A stretch of DNA of 64,000 bases. Source: Lama glama (Eukaryota). The stretch lies in NCBI GenBank assembly GCA_028534125.1, contig CM052818.1:8496001-8560000 (forward strand). Direction: 5' to 3'. The translations under genes and the position numbers were made by a program. This document shows, piece after piece, positions 1 through 14,800 of this stretch. The notes below the pieces were generated by a model. That model was not told where the DNA came from. It saw only the letters and a list, made by a program, of their open reading frames with translations, and made no database searches. Within the stretch, counting starts at the first letter, position 1; every line of letters begins with the position of its first letter.

Positions 1-2055
1 GTGATTGCTGGATCATATGGTGAGAGTATATTTTGTTTTGTAAGAAACTGCCAAACTGTCCCAAAGTGGATGCACCATTTTGCATTCCCACCAGCAATGT
101 ATGAGAGTTTCTGTTGCTCCATATCCTTGCCAGCATTGGGTGTGGTCAGTGTGACAGATTTTGGCCATTGTAATAGGTGGGTAGTGGTATCTCATTATTT
201 TAATTTGCATTTCCCTAATAACATATGATGTGAATATCTTTTCATATGCCTATTTGCCATCTGTATATCCTCTTTGGTGAGGTGTCTCTTAGGGTTTTTG
301 TCCCATTTTTAAAATTGAGCTTTTCTTACTGTTCTTCGTATATCTAGGATAAGTCTTTTATCAGATAAGTCTTCTGCAAATATTTTCTCCCTGTCTGTGG
401 TCTGCTTTCTCATTCTCTTGACACTGTCTTTAGTAAAACAAAGTTTTCAATTTTAATGAAGTCCAGTTTATCCATTATTTCTTTCTTGGATCATACCTTT
501 CTTGTTGTATATAAAAAGGCAACATCCTACTAAAGGTCATCTAGGTTTCTCCTATGTTATCTCCTAGGAGTTTTATAATTTTGCATTTTACATTTAGGCC
601 TATGATCCACTATGAGTTAATTTGTGTGAAGGGTGTAAAGCGTCTGTCTAGATTCATTTTTTTGCATATGGATATCCAGTTGTTCCAGCACCATTTGTTG
701 AAAAGACTATCTTTGCTCCTTGTGTTGTTCCTTTGTCAAATATCAGTTCACTCTACTTATGGGGGCCTATTTCTATATTGATGTATCTGTCTGTTCTTTT
801 GCCAATACCATACTGTCTTGGTTACTGTAGCTTGTACTAAGCCTTGAATTCAGGTAGTATTGGTCCTCCAACCTTGTTCTTCTCCTTTAATATTCTGTTG
901 GCTCTTCTCAGTCTTTGCCTCTCCATATAAACTTTAAAATCTATTGATATCCACAAAATAACTTGCTAAGTCTTTCATTAGAATTGCATTGAATCTATAG
1001 ATCAAGTTGGAAAGAAGTGACATTCTGACAATATGGAGTCTTTCTATCTATGAACATGGAATATCTTTGCATTTATTTAGTTCTTCTTTGATTTCTTCAT
1101 CAGAGTTTTATGGTATTCCTCATATAGATTTTGCACCTATTTTGTTAGGTTAATATTTGAGTATTTCACTTTGGGTGTTCTAATATAAATGGAATTATGT
1201 CTTTAACTTCAAATTTACCTTGTTAATTGTTGGTATATAGAAAAGCAATTGACTTTTGTATATAAATCTTATATCCTACAACCTTGTTATAATCATTTAT
1301 TAGTTCCACGAGTTTTTTTGTTGATTCTTTCAGACTTTCTACATAGAAGATCATGTATTTTGTGAACAAAGACAATTTTATATCTTCCTTCCCAATCTGT
1401 ATACTTTTAATTTCCTTTTCTTCTCTTATTCAATCAGCAAGGACTTCCAGTACAATGTAGAAAAGTGGTGAAAGGGGACACCCTTGACCTTAGTGGGAAA
1501 GCTTTGAGTTTCTCACCATCAAGTATGATGTTAGCTATAGCTATAGGGTTTTGTAGATATTCTTTATTAAGTTTAAGAAGTTCCCCTCTACTCCAGGTTG
1601 GCTGAGAGTTTTATCATTAATGGGTACTGAATTCTGTCAAATGCTTTTTCTGCATAAATTGACATACTCATATGATTTTTCTTTTTTAATCTATTGATGT
1701 TATGAATTATATTAATTGATTTTCAAATACTGAACCAAGCTTGCATACCTACTTGGTGGTGTGGCATCAATCCCACTTGGTGGTGGTATATAATTCTTTT
1801 TATACTTTGTTAGGTTCAACGTGCTAATATTTTGTTGAGGATTTTTGCATCTATAGGAGCTATTGGTATGTAGTTTTCTTTTCTTGTAAGGTCTTTGGTT
1901 TGGGCATAGGGTCATGCTATCCATATAGAATGAGTTAAGAAGTATTCTTTCTGTTCCTAGCCTCTGAAAGAAACTGTAGAGAACTGGTATAATTTCTTCC
2001 CTAAATATTTGGTAGAATCCATCAGTGAACCCATCTGGGCCTGTTGCTTTCTGTA
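1..2055 (-). mobile_element. Old LINE-1 ORF2 fragment (RT through C-terminal region), degenerate, continues past window start
   Basis: Minus-strand translations give L1 ORF2 motifs: GPDGFTDGFYQIFREEIIP (1712..2074 ORF) and QIKIMRYHYPPITMAKI...HCWWECKMVHPLW (13..210 ORF); many stops and frameshifts. Confidence 0.93.
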
Positions 2056-2065
2056 TACTCTCTAT

Positions 2066-3040
2066 ACAAAACAATTTAATGAGAAGATTGTCATTGTTTT
2101 ACACTTTTACAAATCTATTAATGTGTTTCTTTCTCTAAAATCTCTTTAATGTCTGGTTAGCAGACAGCTAGATTCTCATATCTACTCTCATATTCAATCT
2201 GTGTGATATGTTGTTTTGGTTGAAATATATGAAGAAAATCTAGCCTCATACAGATACACAGTTGGAAAAGACAGGAGAATTTTAATGACATTTTCAGGTA
2301 ATTTTGGGTCTTCTTTGATACTATATTGAAACTCCACAGTGGTAATTTCTTAAAAGTTAATACTAATGTGGAATCAGAAGCCATATCAATAAACTTTCTA
2401 AACTGTGTTAAATTAAAATTCAATGCTCCATCATGTATGTTGAATGATTTTTTTACTCATGCATGATTTTGTAACATCATATGCTTTGGTCATTTGGAAA
2501 ATACTAATTCTCTGAATTATGCAGCTATTACAAATGTTGACACATTTCATTATACAATACCAAAATAACCACATTTGCTTGTATCACCACCTATTCCATC
2601 ACATATATCTTTAAGTTTTGGGAAACTATCAAGCTTAATGTGGTGAGTATAAGTTTTTCAAAATTCTAATTTTCACTTGAAAAGTTGAATTGTATCACTG
2701 GCAATAAATAATTTCAGTCACTTACCTTTAAGTAGCAGGCCCACTGTGTTCAGTTTCAAGAAAATGTTTGCCAAATAAATACCAAGTGTGAATAACCAAT
2801 TTGTTAGTTGTTTTTTCAAGTAAAAATGGTATTCCAGGAGAAAAATGTGGTTAGTTTAGTTTACAACTCAATCACACAAGTGTTTTTCTTTTAATAACTT
2901 TGTCCTTTGCAATGCAGTTTAACTTCTTTATGCATACTTCCTATTTTGTCACAAAGAATATTAAAAAGATCGATACTCAAGGGGCAAAATTTAATAAAAT
3001 TAATAGTCTTATTAGAACATTAAGAACATATTTAAATGAA
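2066..3040 (-). mobile_element. hAT-Charlie (Charlie1-like) DNA transposon remnant, transposase C-terminal/dimerisation region
   Basis: ORF 2157..2423 begins FIDMASDSTLVLTFKKLPL, resembling the hAT dimerisation domain; the adjacent frame resembles the LPFPTTYLCEAGFS motif; abuts the 5'-truncated end of the L1. Confidence 0.8.
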
Positions 3041-3049
3041 ACCCATGTG

Positions 3050-3535
3050 AGGGCTAGAGCCTGGTTATAAATTTTCAAGAATGATATTGCTTCTATCCAT
3101 TAATGTTAAGGATAGAAGAAACAATTTTGCTTATTATCTTCTGTGCAGTGTATTTATTTCTTTTTTGTTTTTACACTAATGGTACAGCTCTGAGATGTCA
3201 GCTCTGTGCAACAAGAGGATCTTATTAGACATTCTACTTTGGAATGGGAGGTGCTAGATGTTTTCTGTATCTTCATGCAGTGATAAAAGCAGTAAATCAC
3301 AGGTTCAGTAGAAACTCTCAGTGGGAACACTATGATGAATGCTTATCTTCTAGACGTCCTGCTTTCAACTTGTTTTTTGAAAAAAAAAAAAAAACCTTCC
3401 TTGGGTTCTCTCTGCGTCATTTTAGGAGTGCATTTATAAAATAACTTGGTTATATTTTACCCAAGTTTTTGGCTGTGTTTCCAATAGGAGAGTTATTCAT
3501 GCTATCTAGTTCATCACATTGCCAGAAGGAAAATT
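3050..3535 (-). mobile_element. Probable ancient L1M/HAL1 5' end fragment
   Basis: Ends in tatctagttcatcacattgccagaagg, similar to the reverse complement of old L1M/HAL1 5' termini; recognised by eye only. Confidence 0.35.
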
Positions 3536-6500
3536 CTTCATTTGAATTGGAGAACAGAACTGAGCACTCTAATAAAGAAATAACCATCACAACAAAGTTC
3601 ACTTGCCTCACATTGACCTAAGCTCTCCAATTCCGTAATTCTTAATGACTTACTAGGATTGTTTAAGAATTTATTTTATTGGAATTGTCTAGATGTGAAC
3701 CTGTGATCATCAATGCAACTATGCCACTCTTCTTGTTTTATCTGTTTAGAAGTTATGTCTCACCATCACCTTAAGCAGGTAGTAAGTATCTGATGATAAA
3801 TCAATGCTTGCAGCACATACCCTCCAGAGTCTCATAGTCTAGTACCTGATTCTGTTCATTCTTGTCATCAGAACCTTAAGTTCTATTCTGAGTCTGTACA
3901 ACTGAACCAGGGCACCAAGAAATGAAGTGAAAGGCTGTGAGAATTCTGAACAGCATTCTAAAGACACATGACTTAAAAGTCTCAGTTATTAGATGTTGAC
4001 CTCTGTCTTATGACTGTGTGAATTACTTCTCAGTAATGAATTAACACAGCCAAGTATTTGTGTAAACATCCATTTCTCTACTGACTCAAATACCATAACT
4101 GTCAAATGAGATAACGTAGAATTGGATGAGACTTTAGAAGTTTCTTAATCCAAGCTGTCACCCCAGTGCAAAAACACCTTATACCATCACTAATAGAGAG
4201 TTATCACATTTATTACACTCAAATTCAACCGAAAAACTCCCAAGACCTCGTTCTTTCTGACACAAAATAATCTGGTGTGCGACAATATCAAGGCCAACAA
4301 TTTGGCTTTATTTATTCTACAAATACTTATCGAAAGCCTATTATGTGCCTGGCATTCACACACTTAACTCTGTGAAAATACTTTAAACTTTATTTTAAAA
4401 TGATAAAAAGTCAACCTAGAAGTCAAACTGTCCTAACATTTTCAAAATTGTGATTGCTAGTCCTTTGAGCTGTTACAAGCACCACATTTCTTGGGCCATG
4501 CTGAAAAGATCTTTGCTTCATCAGCAGACCAAAATGGAATACTATAGAATTTAATTTGGAGTCCATGGAGCAATTAAATGCTAAAGCAGACATGCCATAA
4601 GGAGCTCTCTCAACCACAAAGACTTAATTAGAAACCATGTCAGCTAAAATAACCAACTTAGATGGTTGGATGAAAGAGAGTTTGGTAGCATAAATGTAAA
4701 CTGAAAGAATCAACATTAAAAATCAGTTTAGATATGTACTTAAAACATTTATAAAAATTATTATACTGATTTTAGAATAAACTCTAAAATTCCTCTAAAA
4801 ATATCTAAATAAAAAAACCTCAACCTTCTCAAAAAGAAGGGAATTCCAGATGTACATAAAAATGCAAGTTAAAGCATTTAAGTGAAATATCTAAATAAGT
4901 TGTAGGTTGTCCAAATTAAAAAAAAATTATTAAAGTGACTCTAAAATCAAACCTACTATAAAGTTGGTTTCTATCAATCCTTTTCCTATAATCCTAAAAA
5001 AAGCCACTTAAGTTTACTCATACTATTATATGTAATACTTGTCATTTTCAATGTGTTAAACATATATTTAAAAATTTTAAAAACAAATTGGAAATGACAA
5101 GTATTACACTAATATTTCTTCCACTTTAAATATTTAATAACACTCCTCTTATGTCAGTAATATACTTAGAACACCAGTACAGATGCTGTGACAGATATGA
5201 CTATGTCAGTTTAACTTCAGGGGCAGTCAACTGTCTTGGATCAGAACTCACATGGAGGGAGCAATGTATCAGACAACTACACTCCAGTGGCAGCTCTTCT
5301 TTTATCTATAATGTGATCAACACTTGAGACACTGCTAATTGCACAGTGAATATAAAAACTGGGGTTTATTTGTAAAATGAGTAGCTTGTTAGTTAACAAG
5401 AGGAATGTTAGAAGTGAGTTTTCATTACTAAAATTAAATATCAAGGAATCGTGAATTAGATAAAATGTTTTATAGTTATTCTCCACTATTGAATAAGGTA
5501 TAAAGATCCAGAAAGAACTACAGTTTTCACTTTTAGACATGGTACTCAGAGTTCCCTTAACAGTCCTGTATCTAGCCCTTGGTTTGGGAGCATTTCTGGT
5601 TGCCTGATGCAGACTAGAAGAGTAACTGAACCTTGCCTTGTGAATGCTGTGCATCTAGTTTTACTGAACCTTTCCTGCAAGGTGACGGCTGGAATGCCTA
5701 AATGAAAAGAGCTTAAAGCTTCCTCCATGGGCTTTATAGAACAGGTTGTTACGAATTGTTTTGTGCCTGCATGTGAATGAATTTTTGTTTAAAAAAAAAT
5801 CTGTATGTGACAGAATGTGGTCATTTCTTTATAATCTGGTAGTGAGGTTGCAAACACTTTGAAACTTTTTGGTGGCCACCACTATCTGCCAAAAAACTAA
5901 AACAAAAACCTCTAAGATTTACAAATAATCAACTTGGTTTAAGTCACTTCTCAACAACTACATCTAGATTTTTTTTTTTACAGTGATACAGTTTATATTG
6001 TCTCTGGACACTTGTTAAATTTTAAAACACAATCCAATGGAAACAGTCCTGGATTTTTATATACCATGCAGCCAAAAATCACCATCCTCATAACATTAAA
6101 AAAAAAACTTTCTGATATTGACATTCCTAAAGGATCAATATAGATTTGGTGTTACAAATAGCATTAAAGAAACATAGGAAAGCTGGGTTATCTACTATCA
6201 GAGACATAATACACCATTTTAAAACATGAGGTAACTGAGATTTTTCAGGGACACCAGAATACACGAGGACAATCTAGGGTTAAAGTATCATTCATATAGC
6301 TTTAAAATTCAAGTATCACCACTGCCATCAGGACAAAAGGGACAAGGAACATTCAGTTTGTGCAAAGAAGTGGAAAACAGATGAAAGACCCAATTATGGG
6401 ATGCACATGACTAGCATAAAAAAACTATTGAGTACTTGAGTTTTTCTAAGATAGAGATAGCATATTTTCACCTCTATGTGATGAAAGAGCGCCTTTGCAT

Positions 6501-7614
6501 TCTGCCACATGAGGACTTTTAAAGTGGTGAATATATGCCTGAATTTGAATGTGGTGAATGCTAAAGGAGATGTGGTGGCCATACAGGATGCTTCATCTCC
6601 TCCTTCAGGTAGTTATTTTAGTGACACTTATGGCCAACTCCAAACCTACTTGAAGGGTATGGATAAAATACCATTGTTAGAATATATACTTCTTTTCTTG
6701 TACTTCCAGACTCTGGTGCCATGGAACATAGTTTTCACAAACATTTGCTTGATTTTGAACCAAATGTATTAAGTATTTTTAAAAGTTGTTTTCTGCCTAC
6801 AGGTAACTAAAATAATATTAAAAGTGAGGGTAAAGAAGTATCTAGTCCTCATATTGAAGCCCTAACTTCATAGCTTCCAGTATAATTAAATACTTAGATA
6901 AATATTTTTGAGTGTTGATGTTGAGCTTGCTTCAGGGCAAGTTGCAGAATCTACTTTCTTTAGATTAAAGAAAATCATATAGATAATTACCATAGTTTTC
7001 TGTGATGTTTTAGGTACAGATTTGCCTAAGAGCACGAAGGTTGGTAGATGACTTCTTAAAGTACTTTTCAGCTCCAGGGTGATAAAAATATCTTAAACTT
7101 TCTGAAGTTGAAAAGTCATAATTAACCATTACATTTTAAAATTGAACAGTCGCACACAGTTAAGGTATAATTCTCTAAAATACAGCAGCAAAAAAAAGAG
7201 GTAATATAAAGATCAATTAATATTTTCAGCCACAAATCAGAAATATTGTGAAAATGCAAGATTCAACACCTCAAGTTACCACCATTTTAAATAAATAATT
7301 TATCTGATTATAGAGCACTTCAATAAGCAATAACGGATAACACAAGGTTTGTGTGGTGTATCTACTACACAGCTCTCTATAAGCATTGTAGAACCTGCCC
7401 AATCCTAATCAAATGTAGTGTTCATTTCTTTCAAGTATTTAACAGAAAGCTTGAAGACCATTTTTCACACATGCAAGAGACTTGAGAGACCGTATGACTA
7501 CATATCACTCAGACCTTTCCCTGTGGTGAAAACGGTCAAACCTTTCTCAGATTGTGGATTTCTATAATTCTAACTGCTGCTTAAGTCAGATCAATAACAA
7601 CAAAACTGACTGTA

Positions 7615-7800
7615 ATGATAACTTAACACTTCCCACATGTTGAGTACCGTTCTAAGCACGTGTTAATGTACAACATTCCTATGAAATAGGTATGTTATTA
7701 TTCTTCTCTTACAGATAAGTAAACTGAGGTACAGAAAGGTTCATCAACTTTCCCTGGACTATACAGCTAGGAATGTCCAAAGCCTGTACTCCTAACCACT
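7615..7800 (-). mobile_element. MIR SINE
   Basis: ttacagataagtaaactgaggtacagaaagg is the reverse complement of the MIR core. Confidence 0.7.
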
Positions 7801-10800
7801 ACAACCACTATACAAAAAGAGGCTTTAGAAGAAGCAGACAATTGGCTGCACCTGGCAGTTCGCTATTAAAAAAGAATTGAGATTTTCACAGATAATTATT
7901 TTTCTATGAAATAAAAATTACCTTTCAATTCCACTTACATCTCCCTCCATATTTCTATATATTCCAGACATCCTTTATTTAAAAAAATGACCTATGTTTT
8001 CACACCAGTTGCTCCAACAGCACTAACAAAGTTAATAACCATTTTTATCATTTTTTAGTGACCTAATTTGAGTTAATTATCTGATCTTCATTAACATCTT
8101 GTTAAATAAGTGAGGCTGATGCAATTACCACTGTTTTCAGATGAGGAAGGAAACTTAGGCCCAGGAAGTTTAAACTTGCTACAAGTTTATCAACAAATAC
8201 CTAGAAGAGTTTAAATTCTATCATCAGTTCTACTACGGTTTTCATTTGCAGATTTGTGTTTGTTTCTCATTTTTTTGAGGTAAATGTAGGATGAAAAGAG
8301 CTCGTGTCTAGGTATCCTCCATCCACTATTAAAAAGACAAGAGGCTTGCATGTTATGCAAAATGAGTTATGTTAAAGTTAAATGAAATGAACTTGGTTAG
8401 TCCTTCACATATTAGCAGCACACTCGGCTAGCATATATTTATTTACTCATAAACATATCAGCAAAGTTAAGGGCCCTCCAATGTAGTATCTTTAATAAAA
8501 ACAAAAGTTTTAAATAGACTTTTACTTGGAGAACATTATCTAGCAAAGGTTATTTCAGGTTAACTATTGATAAAAACTTCAATTCAGTTCCTTTCACTTT
8601 TACGCAATTATTACCATTCTATGGAAAGAGCTTTCTGCCAATCAAATTGTGCCCGTAGGGCTGTGTCTGGTGTGGTGCCCAGTACCATTATTGGTGCTAA
8701 ATTATAACACAAGCAACAACAACTACCACCAGGTTACTGCATGCAAAGTGACCTGGCCCAACAGCCATGCATAGCCAGGAGTCAGAGGAACTGTAAGCAG
8801 TATTTGAGCACTTCTTTCAGAAACCAATAGCAGTTTGCATATGATGTTTACGTGCTCATATTTTAACAGTCAGAATACATTCTTGCATAGGACAAAAGAG
8901 GAATGGTTATCTAGTTAGGTTTTCCTAAATGCTTGTCTCTTGTTAGGAAAACAGGATCCTTTCACAAGGCTCAGAAGTTTCACAGGAGCTAGGGAAGATA
9001 AAACTAGGGAAGTGCACCTCTATTCATTGATTTAAAAAATATGTATGCGTGTATGTATGTGTATTTCCGGAGACAGGGAGGGGTGGGGGGGAGAGAATTT
9101 AGAAGACAAAGGAAAAGATCTGCCTCTGCCTGTTCTTAGAATTTAGAAAAGGTCCTAAGTCACGAAAAAAGGTATTCAAGAAAGATAAAAATTTGAACTT
9201 CATTAAGTTCATAACAAAACATGCAATCCTTAGGTTTTATTTACAGCGTTTTTGAGAAGATCAAGTAACAAAAAATATATGAAAGTGCTTTGTAAGTGGT
9301 ACGTGCTATAGAATTCAAAGTATTAAATTGCAACAGGACTTTGAATAAGCCATGATTCATTTGTGACTAAAACTTTACATTTAAAAACTCTAACAATGAA
9401 AATTATAAGTCTTATGTGGGGAAAAATAATAACATAGTAAAAAATTTGCAGTGTTTCTTATATACTTTAAAATTATCAATGTATATGGTTAAATGAAAAA
9501 AGCAAGGTATCAATATTATTATGCTCTTACACTGCCATGTGTTTTTCTGGAGATATATCTAGGAAACCTAAAATTAAGTTCTCTGAGGAAAAGAAAAGAG
9601 TAGGGAGACAGACTTACTTTTTACTTTTCTATATTAGTTTTTATTTTTTTAACCTTTGGCCATCTATTCCTTTTCAAAAGAAAAAGTAATTTTAAAAACT
9701 AATAAAAAAAAGAGGAAATTTTCCACTTTCCTGTTTTACTACTGAAAGCTTAGTAAAATTAATTTCAAAGAAAAATTCAAGCTTATGCAAAATTTTTGAA
9801 AAGATGTTACCTAAAACATTACATTAAAAAAAAAAACCCAGAGATTTAACATTTGTTTTTCTGCTTTCTCAAACCACCCTGTCCTCCACAAAGAGCTGAA
9901 TGTAGTTTTTCAGTTCATAGGAATGGCATGGGTAACTTCAGTATCAGAATTCATGTTCATTTGCATGACTATTACTGCCTTCTGTATTTAAAAAAATTAA
10001 CTTCAAATATGTGGGGCATTAAGTAAATATAGGCTTAAGTTTCTTAAAACAATTCTTATTTCGCTGTTTTTGAAGTAGTTCAGTTATCTTATTTTAAGGA
10101 AGAAAACTCCCTATACATAAAAATTCAGGGAAAGAAAATGTTCTGTGATCATGACATTTCAATGGCAAACCCCAATATTTCTAATAAGTTTGATCAGTTC
10201 TTTCTCGTTTAAAACGTAAATAATATGATAGCCTAAAGACATGGAAATGTAGAAATTAAAAATTATATTTCTTCATTTAAAATCAGGAATATACTGATTC
10301 CTTAGAAAACAGTACAGTGCCATGAACAATATATTTTATACATGTTACTTGATAAAGTTAGAAAAGAAAGTTATCAATACATTGTATTATATATTCTGTT
10401 AAATGAAAAACAACTGGTACAGGCACTGAAACAGGAAACATATAACCATGTTTATTTTTTGATACCTGATTAGGCAGAATAACAGAGTAAATCCTGACTG
10501 TACATACTAAGAAAGGAGATGCCAGATCCTCAGAGTACAGTCAGTCTGCCTCACAAAGCACTTTATACCTAGAATGTGAAAACAATAGCTCTTATGACAA
10601 CCAAAAAAAAAAAAAAAAACCAATTCAAAGATAACCTAGTGGTCTTGATTGACAACCTAATATTCCTATTGTGAAGGCAGGAATCCTGACTTAACTTTAA
10701 AGATAAAATTGGCTTTTCAGAACAGCAGAAATTAACAAAGGTAATTCATATTAGGCTGAGAAGGAAGATTCAGACAGGGTCACACAGTTTCACACGTATT

Positions 10801-11399
10801 TCCAAGCAATGTCCAAACAAGCTGTTTCAAAAGGACTAAAATCAGTACTAGAATCTCTAGAAATAACTGATCTACCCTAGTAAAAGTCAAGTCCTAAAAT
10901 TAAATACCAAGCTCCATTTTTATCATGATAACCACTTTAACTTGGAATTATCTACCAGTAAACAATGGAGAATGGAGATGAATTACCTTGAAGAGGTTTG
11001 TTGGGAAAAGAGAGAAAAAGACCAGTTGAGTCAAGAAGGAGCAGAAGGATGGAAAAGATTGACATTTCACAATTTGTTATTTCTCTAAAGAGTCCTTTGA
11101 GAAGAATGTTAAAATCTTAAAGCATAAAATCCATCGAGTCAAATTTATGCTATGCCTGTTCTATTTTTTTAAGATCAAAATCTTCATGCCCTGCTACTAT
11201 CTATTAGAGAAGGACAGAAAACCTACTTTTTATGAAGGTCCACTGACCCACTGGGAAAAAATTAAAACATAAGAAAAGACAATTACTTGTGATTATACAG
11301 ATTTTTTTTAATGAATTTGCATATTTTAAAGAGGAAAAATGTAAAATTTTCCTAATCTGAATCTACGGTTTATTCAAACTTTTAATACCAAAAAGAGGC

Positions 11400-11830
11400 A
11401 AAGAATAGATTTTAACAAGGAAGAAAAGTAGAAGAGAATCAGAGAGCAGGAGTAGATGGCAAAGATGAGCTTGAGAGTTAGACCAGTACTGGAGGCAGTG
11501 GGTATACTGGTGAGCTTGATGGTAGAACTGTACTAATCCCATGAGGAACTTTATCGAGAAGGAATCGGCAGGGGGAATGACTAGTATTTGTGGTTCTACA
11601 GTGCTGCTGGCTAGGCACATACAATTTGAATTGGAGATTCAATACCTGTTGTTTGAAGTCGGTAAATCATGAAGTAGTCATGAAATAGAGTACAAATATA
11701 TCATCTAGAACTAGAAGCACGAAGGGAACCACCAGAAGAATTAGAATCTGAAGCAACTGTAAGAAGCTGCCTCAAGGGAGTGAGCTGGAGGTAGAAAGAG
11801 AGGGGCAGGAGAATGTTGATTTTCAGTTAA
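11400..11830 (-). mobile_element. LINE-2 fragment
   Basis: Purine-rich degenerate sequence with L2-like phrases (ttggagattcaatacctgttgtttgaagtc; gaagggaaccaccagaag). Confidence 0.45.
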
Positions 11831-14800
11831 AGTTGTCCCGTACTGTTTGATTTGTTACCATGTGCCTGCATTGAAAAAAATAAAAACATAATTTTTAAAC
11901 TCATAAATTAGAAAGGGCCTGACCTGTGTTAAAAGGTTTTCTGTTGTTTTTCATTTGTTTGTTTTTTGGTGTGTGTGTGGGGTTTTTTGGGGGGGGGGTT
12001 TGCTAATTCCATCAAAAGGTTCCTGTCAAAAACAGATTTGATTTTTTTTTTTCCTGTGTATACACACATTAGTTATGGATGATTAGCAAAGCATTCATTC
12101 TTCTATTTGCTTTGGCTGAGAACTGACTTGTGCTGTGTTAGTGTTAAGGAAATATTTCACTTTATATGGAGAAGATATGAAGTGTTGCTTATTTAAATAC
12201 ACATAAGGTAAAAGAAAGGGTTTATACATGTTTTAGGCTCACAAACAATAAAAATATTTAAGTAGGCTGAAGTAGAATTTATCCAACTTAGAAACTAGAG
12301 AAAATGCTACCTACCCTTTCTCTCTTTATCCAAAATAGACTTTGTGAACTTACCTACTTAGTATTTTAATTTTGGTAGGATGGTTAAAAAGTTTATTTAA
12401 GGAAGATTTGATATCAGATATGACACAAGCAATCATGAACATTTTCTTTAATTTTTTAAATATGTAGAGATTTTTTTAAATGAATTTTTTTAAAGAGTAA
12501 AAAGTAGCTATATTGCAAAATCAGAGTTTGTTGAATTTAAGGTATCTGAAAATAAGTACCCAAATTGAGCCTGACAAACAGTCACTTAAAACATCTTAAC
12601 TTTTCAAATGCACAATGTTTAAATAATATTCACTTGTAAAAAAAGTTTTCACATATGAAGAATCAGTAAGAGATGCAAAACTATTCTGTCTTTTAATAAT
12701 TTTTTATAAAAATCACTTTTCTAAATAAAACTACTTTATCCAGCTAATTAGAAATCCTAGTCATAGCAATTTAGTTTCTGGCAACACCTGTCTGATTTAA
12801 AAGGAAGGTAGTCAAAACCAGGAATATGATTTAAGCTATACTGTGACTGATTTTGAGTAGGCTTTTACTATTTGGGTCCAACAATATACGGTGGGGTAAA
12901 GAAAAATAAAAGTATATAGGGGAGAAAAAACTGTGGATTATCTAGAAACTAGCCACTAAAGAAGAATAAAGGATGGATTTGAAGTCAATTCTCCAATCCT
13001 CACTTTATTCCTAAATTGCTAATAACAGCAACTTATAAAGAAAGAGTTAGACAGGGGTGGCAATTAGGAATGAGGGCAAGGATAAGAAATACTGCTAGCA
13101 TATGATCTGAGTATCTAAGACCACTTGATGATATTGTAAAACTCCACAGATAACAAAACTTCAGATCCAGGGATTAACTTCACAGACAGCTCCTCCGACT
13201 TTTTCCTCTCATTTTCCTTTCTTCCTAATGCATATGATTAGCAACTACTGTGTTTTTTTCAATCCCAGCTAAATCATACTCCTCTTTTACTCATTACAGT
13301 GAAGAATTTTTAAAAAATTTTAGTGTTTTCTATTTCTCCCTTCTTTCTTTAGTAGGTCACATGAAGCATAAAGCCATTATTTACAAAATAAACATCACTA
13401 CCAGTTTAGACTTATTATTTTCAAGTTCCTGAAAGGCCTTTCTAACATTAAATTGAGCAATCTCAGATAGTTCCCTTCAATTTTATTTCATTTTTACCAC
13501 ACTCACCCCCTACTCATCACTTTCATTTTATATTATCTACTTGTTGACATGAATCTATTGAAATCTACTTCTAAATTGAACTCTGAATCTAGTCACCAAA
13601 ACTGTCCTTGAATCAACAAGACCATTCCAAAAAGCCTGAGTGAATGATGGGTTTTGTATAATAATCTGAAGCCCTACAGATTTTCACTAGGTCAAGATAT
13701 TGTTGGAGTGAATTCCAAAGAGACAGTCACTGCAAAGAGAATAGACGTCCACTCATAGCTCACACCTGGGAGCAGTTCTTTGCATGGAGTTGCTTTTAAT
13801 ACTAATGAAAAAGTATCAGCTCTAAAGCACTTCTACAAAAGCCTGAAAGTGATGTAGGTATAGTGTACATTTTAAATAGTAAATATAATAATGCTAATTA
13901 TGAATTTAGTTTGCTCTAAATGCAAACAAGGAATACCACCCTAAAAAATTATACAACATGCATATATTCAAAACAAAAAAGAACAATACTAAACTAAAAT
14001 TAATCCTTTTATTAAAATAATGAGGTTATGATTTGTTTCTTTTTAATATTTCCAATATTGTCTTTATGTTGGTTGTGTGATATGTTTAAAAGACCCACTA
14101 AGCTATAATAAAAAAGTAAGTCTAAAAGACAAAAAAGTTGTACATATCAACTTAATTTGCACACTATTCTCTGCACCTGATCCATAGACTTTATCACAAC
14201 AGGTGACTTCTTCAGGCATGAAACTAAGAATAGTGTAGGTATCAGGGCTTGAATGTCTTACTCCAAGTTTATTCAGAATGAACTCAAACTCCCATTTACC
14301 CATTTATCAGATATTTATAAGTATATAGTATCTTGGTGAGTATTTTCTGTTTATAAAATAAACATATACTCTTCCTGCCCGTACACAGCTGCCAAAATTT
14401 AGCAGGGAGAGACAAAAGTGTCACATGGAAAGTTAAACAATGAGAGAAGATAAAAAATTTTTTAAATCGACAAGTTTAGTATATGAATAAATGACAAATT
14501 CACTTTTCAAACACTCATTGAGAGGGTCTACTATTTGTAAAACATTATTCTAAGTGTGGAAATCAGTTAGGTACACTTAGAGATTTCTGTCACTCCAAAA
14601 ACAAGCAAAAAATAGGATGTTTCGCAAAGGAAAAAGGAATAGGAATTACCAATCTATCTGAGCTACAGGACACCACTGGCTTACAGGGACAGATCTCATG
14701 CTAAGATACAATCATTCTATAACTCACATAACTGGAAATACATGCCCTATTCTTTAAATTGGCTTGCACAGCAGCATATGTGGCACTTTAATTAACTGTA

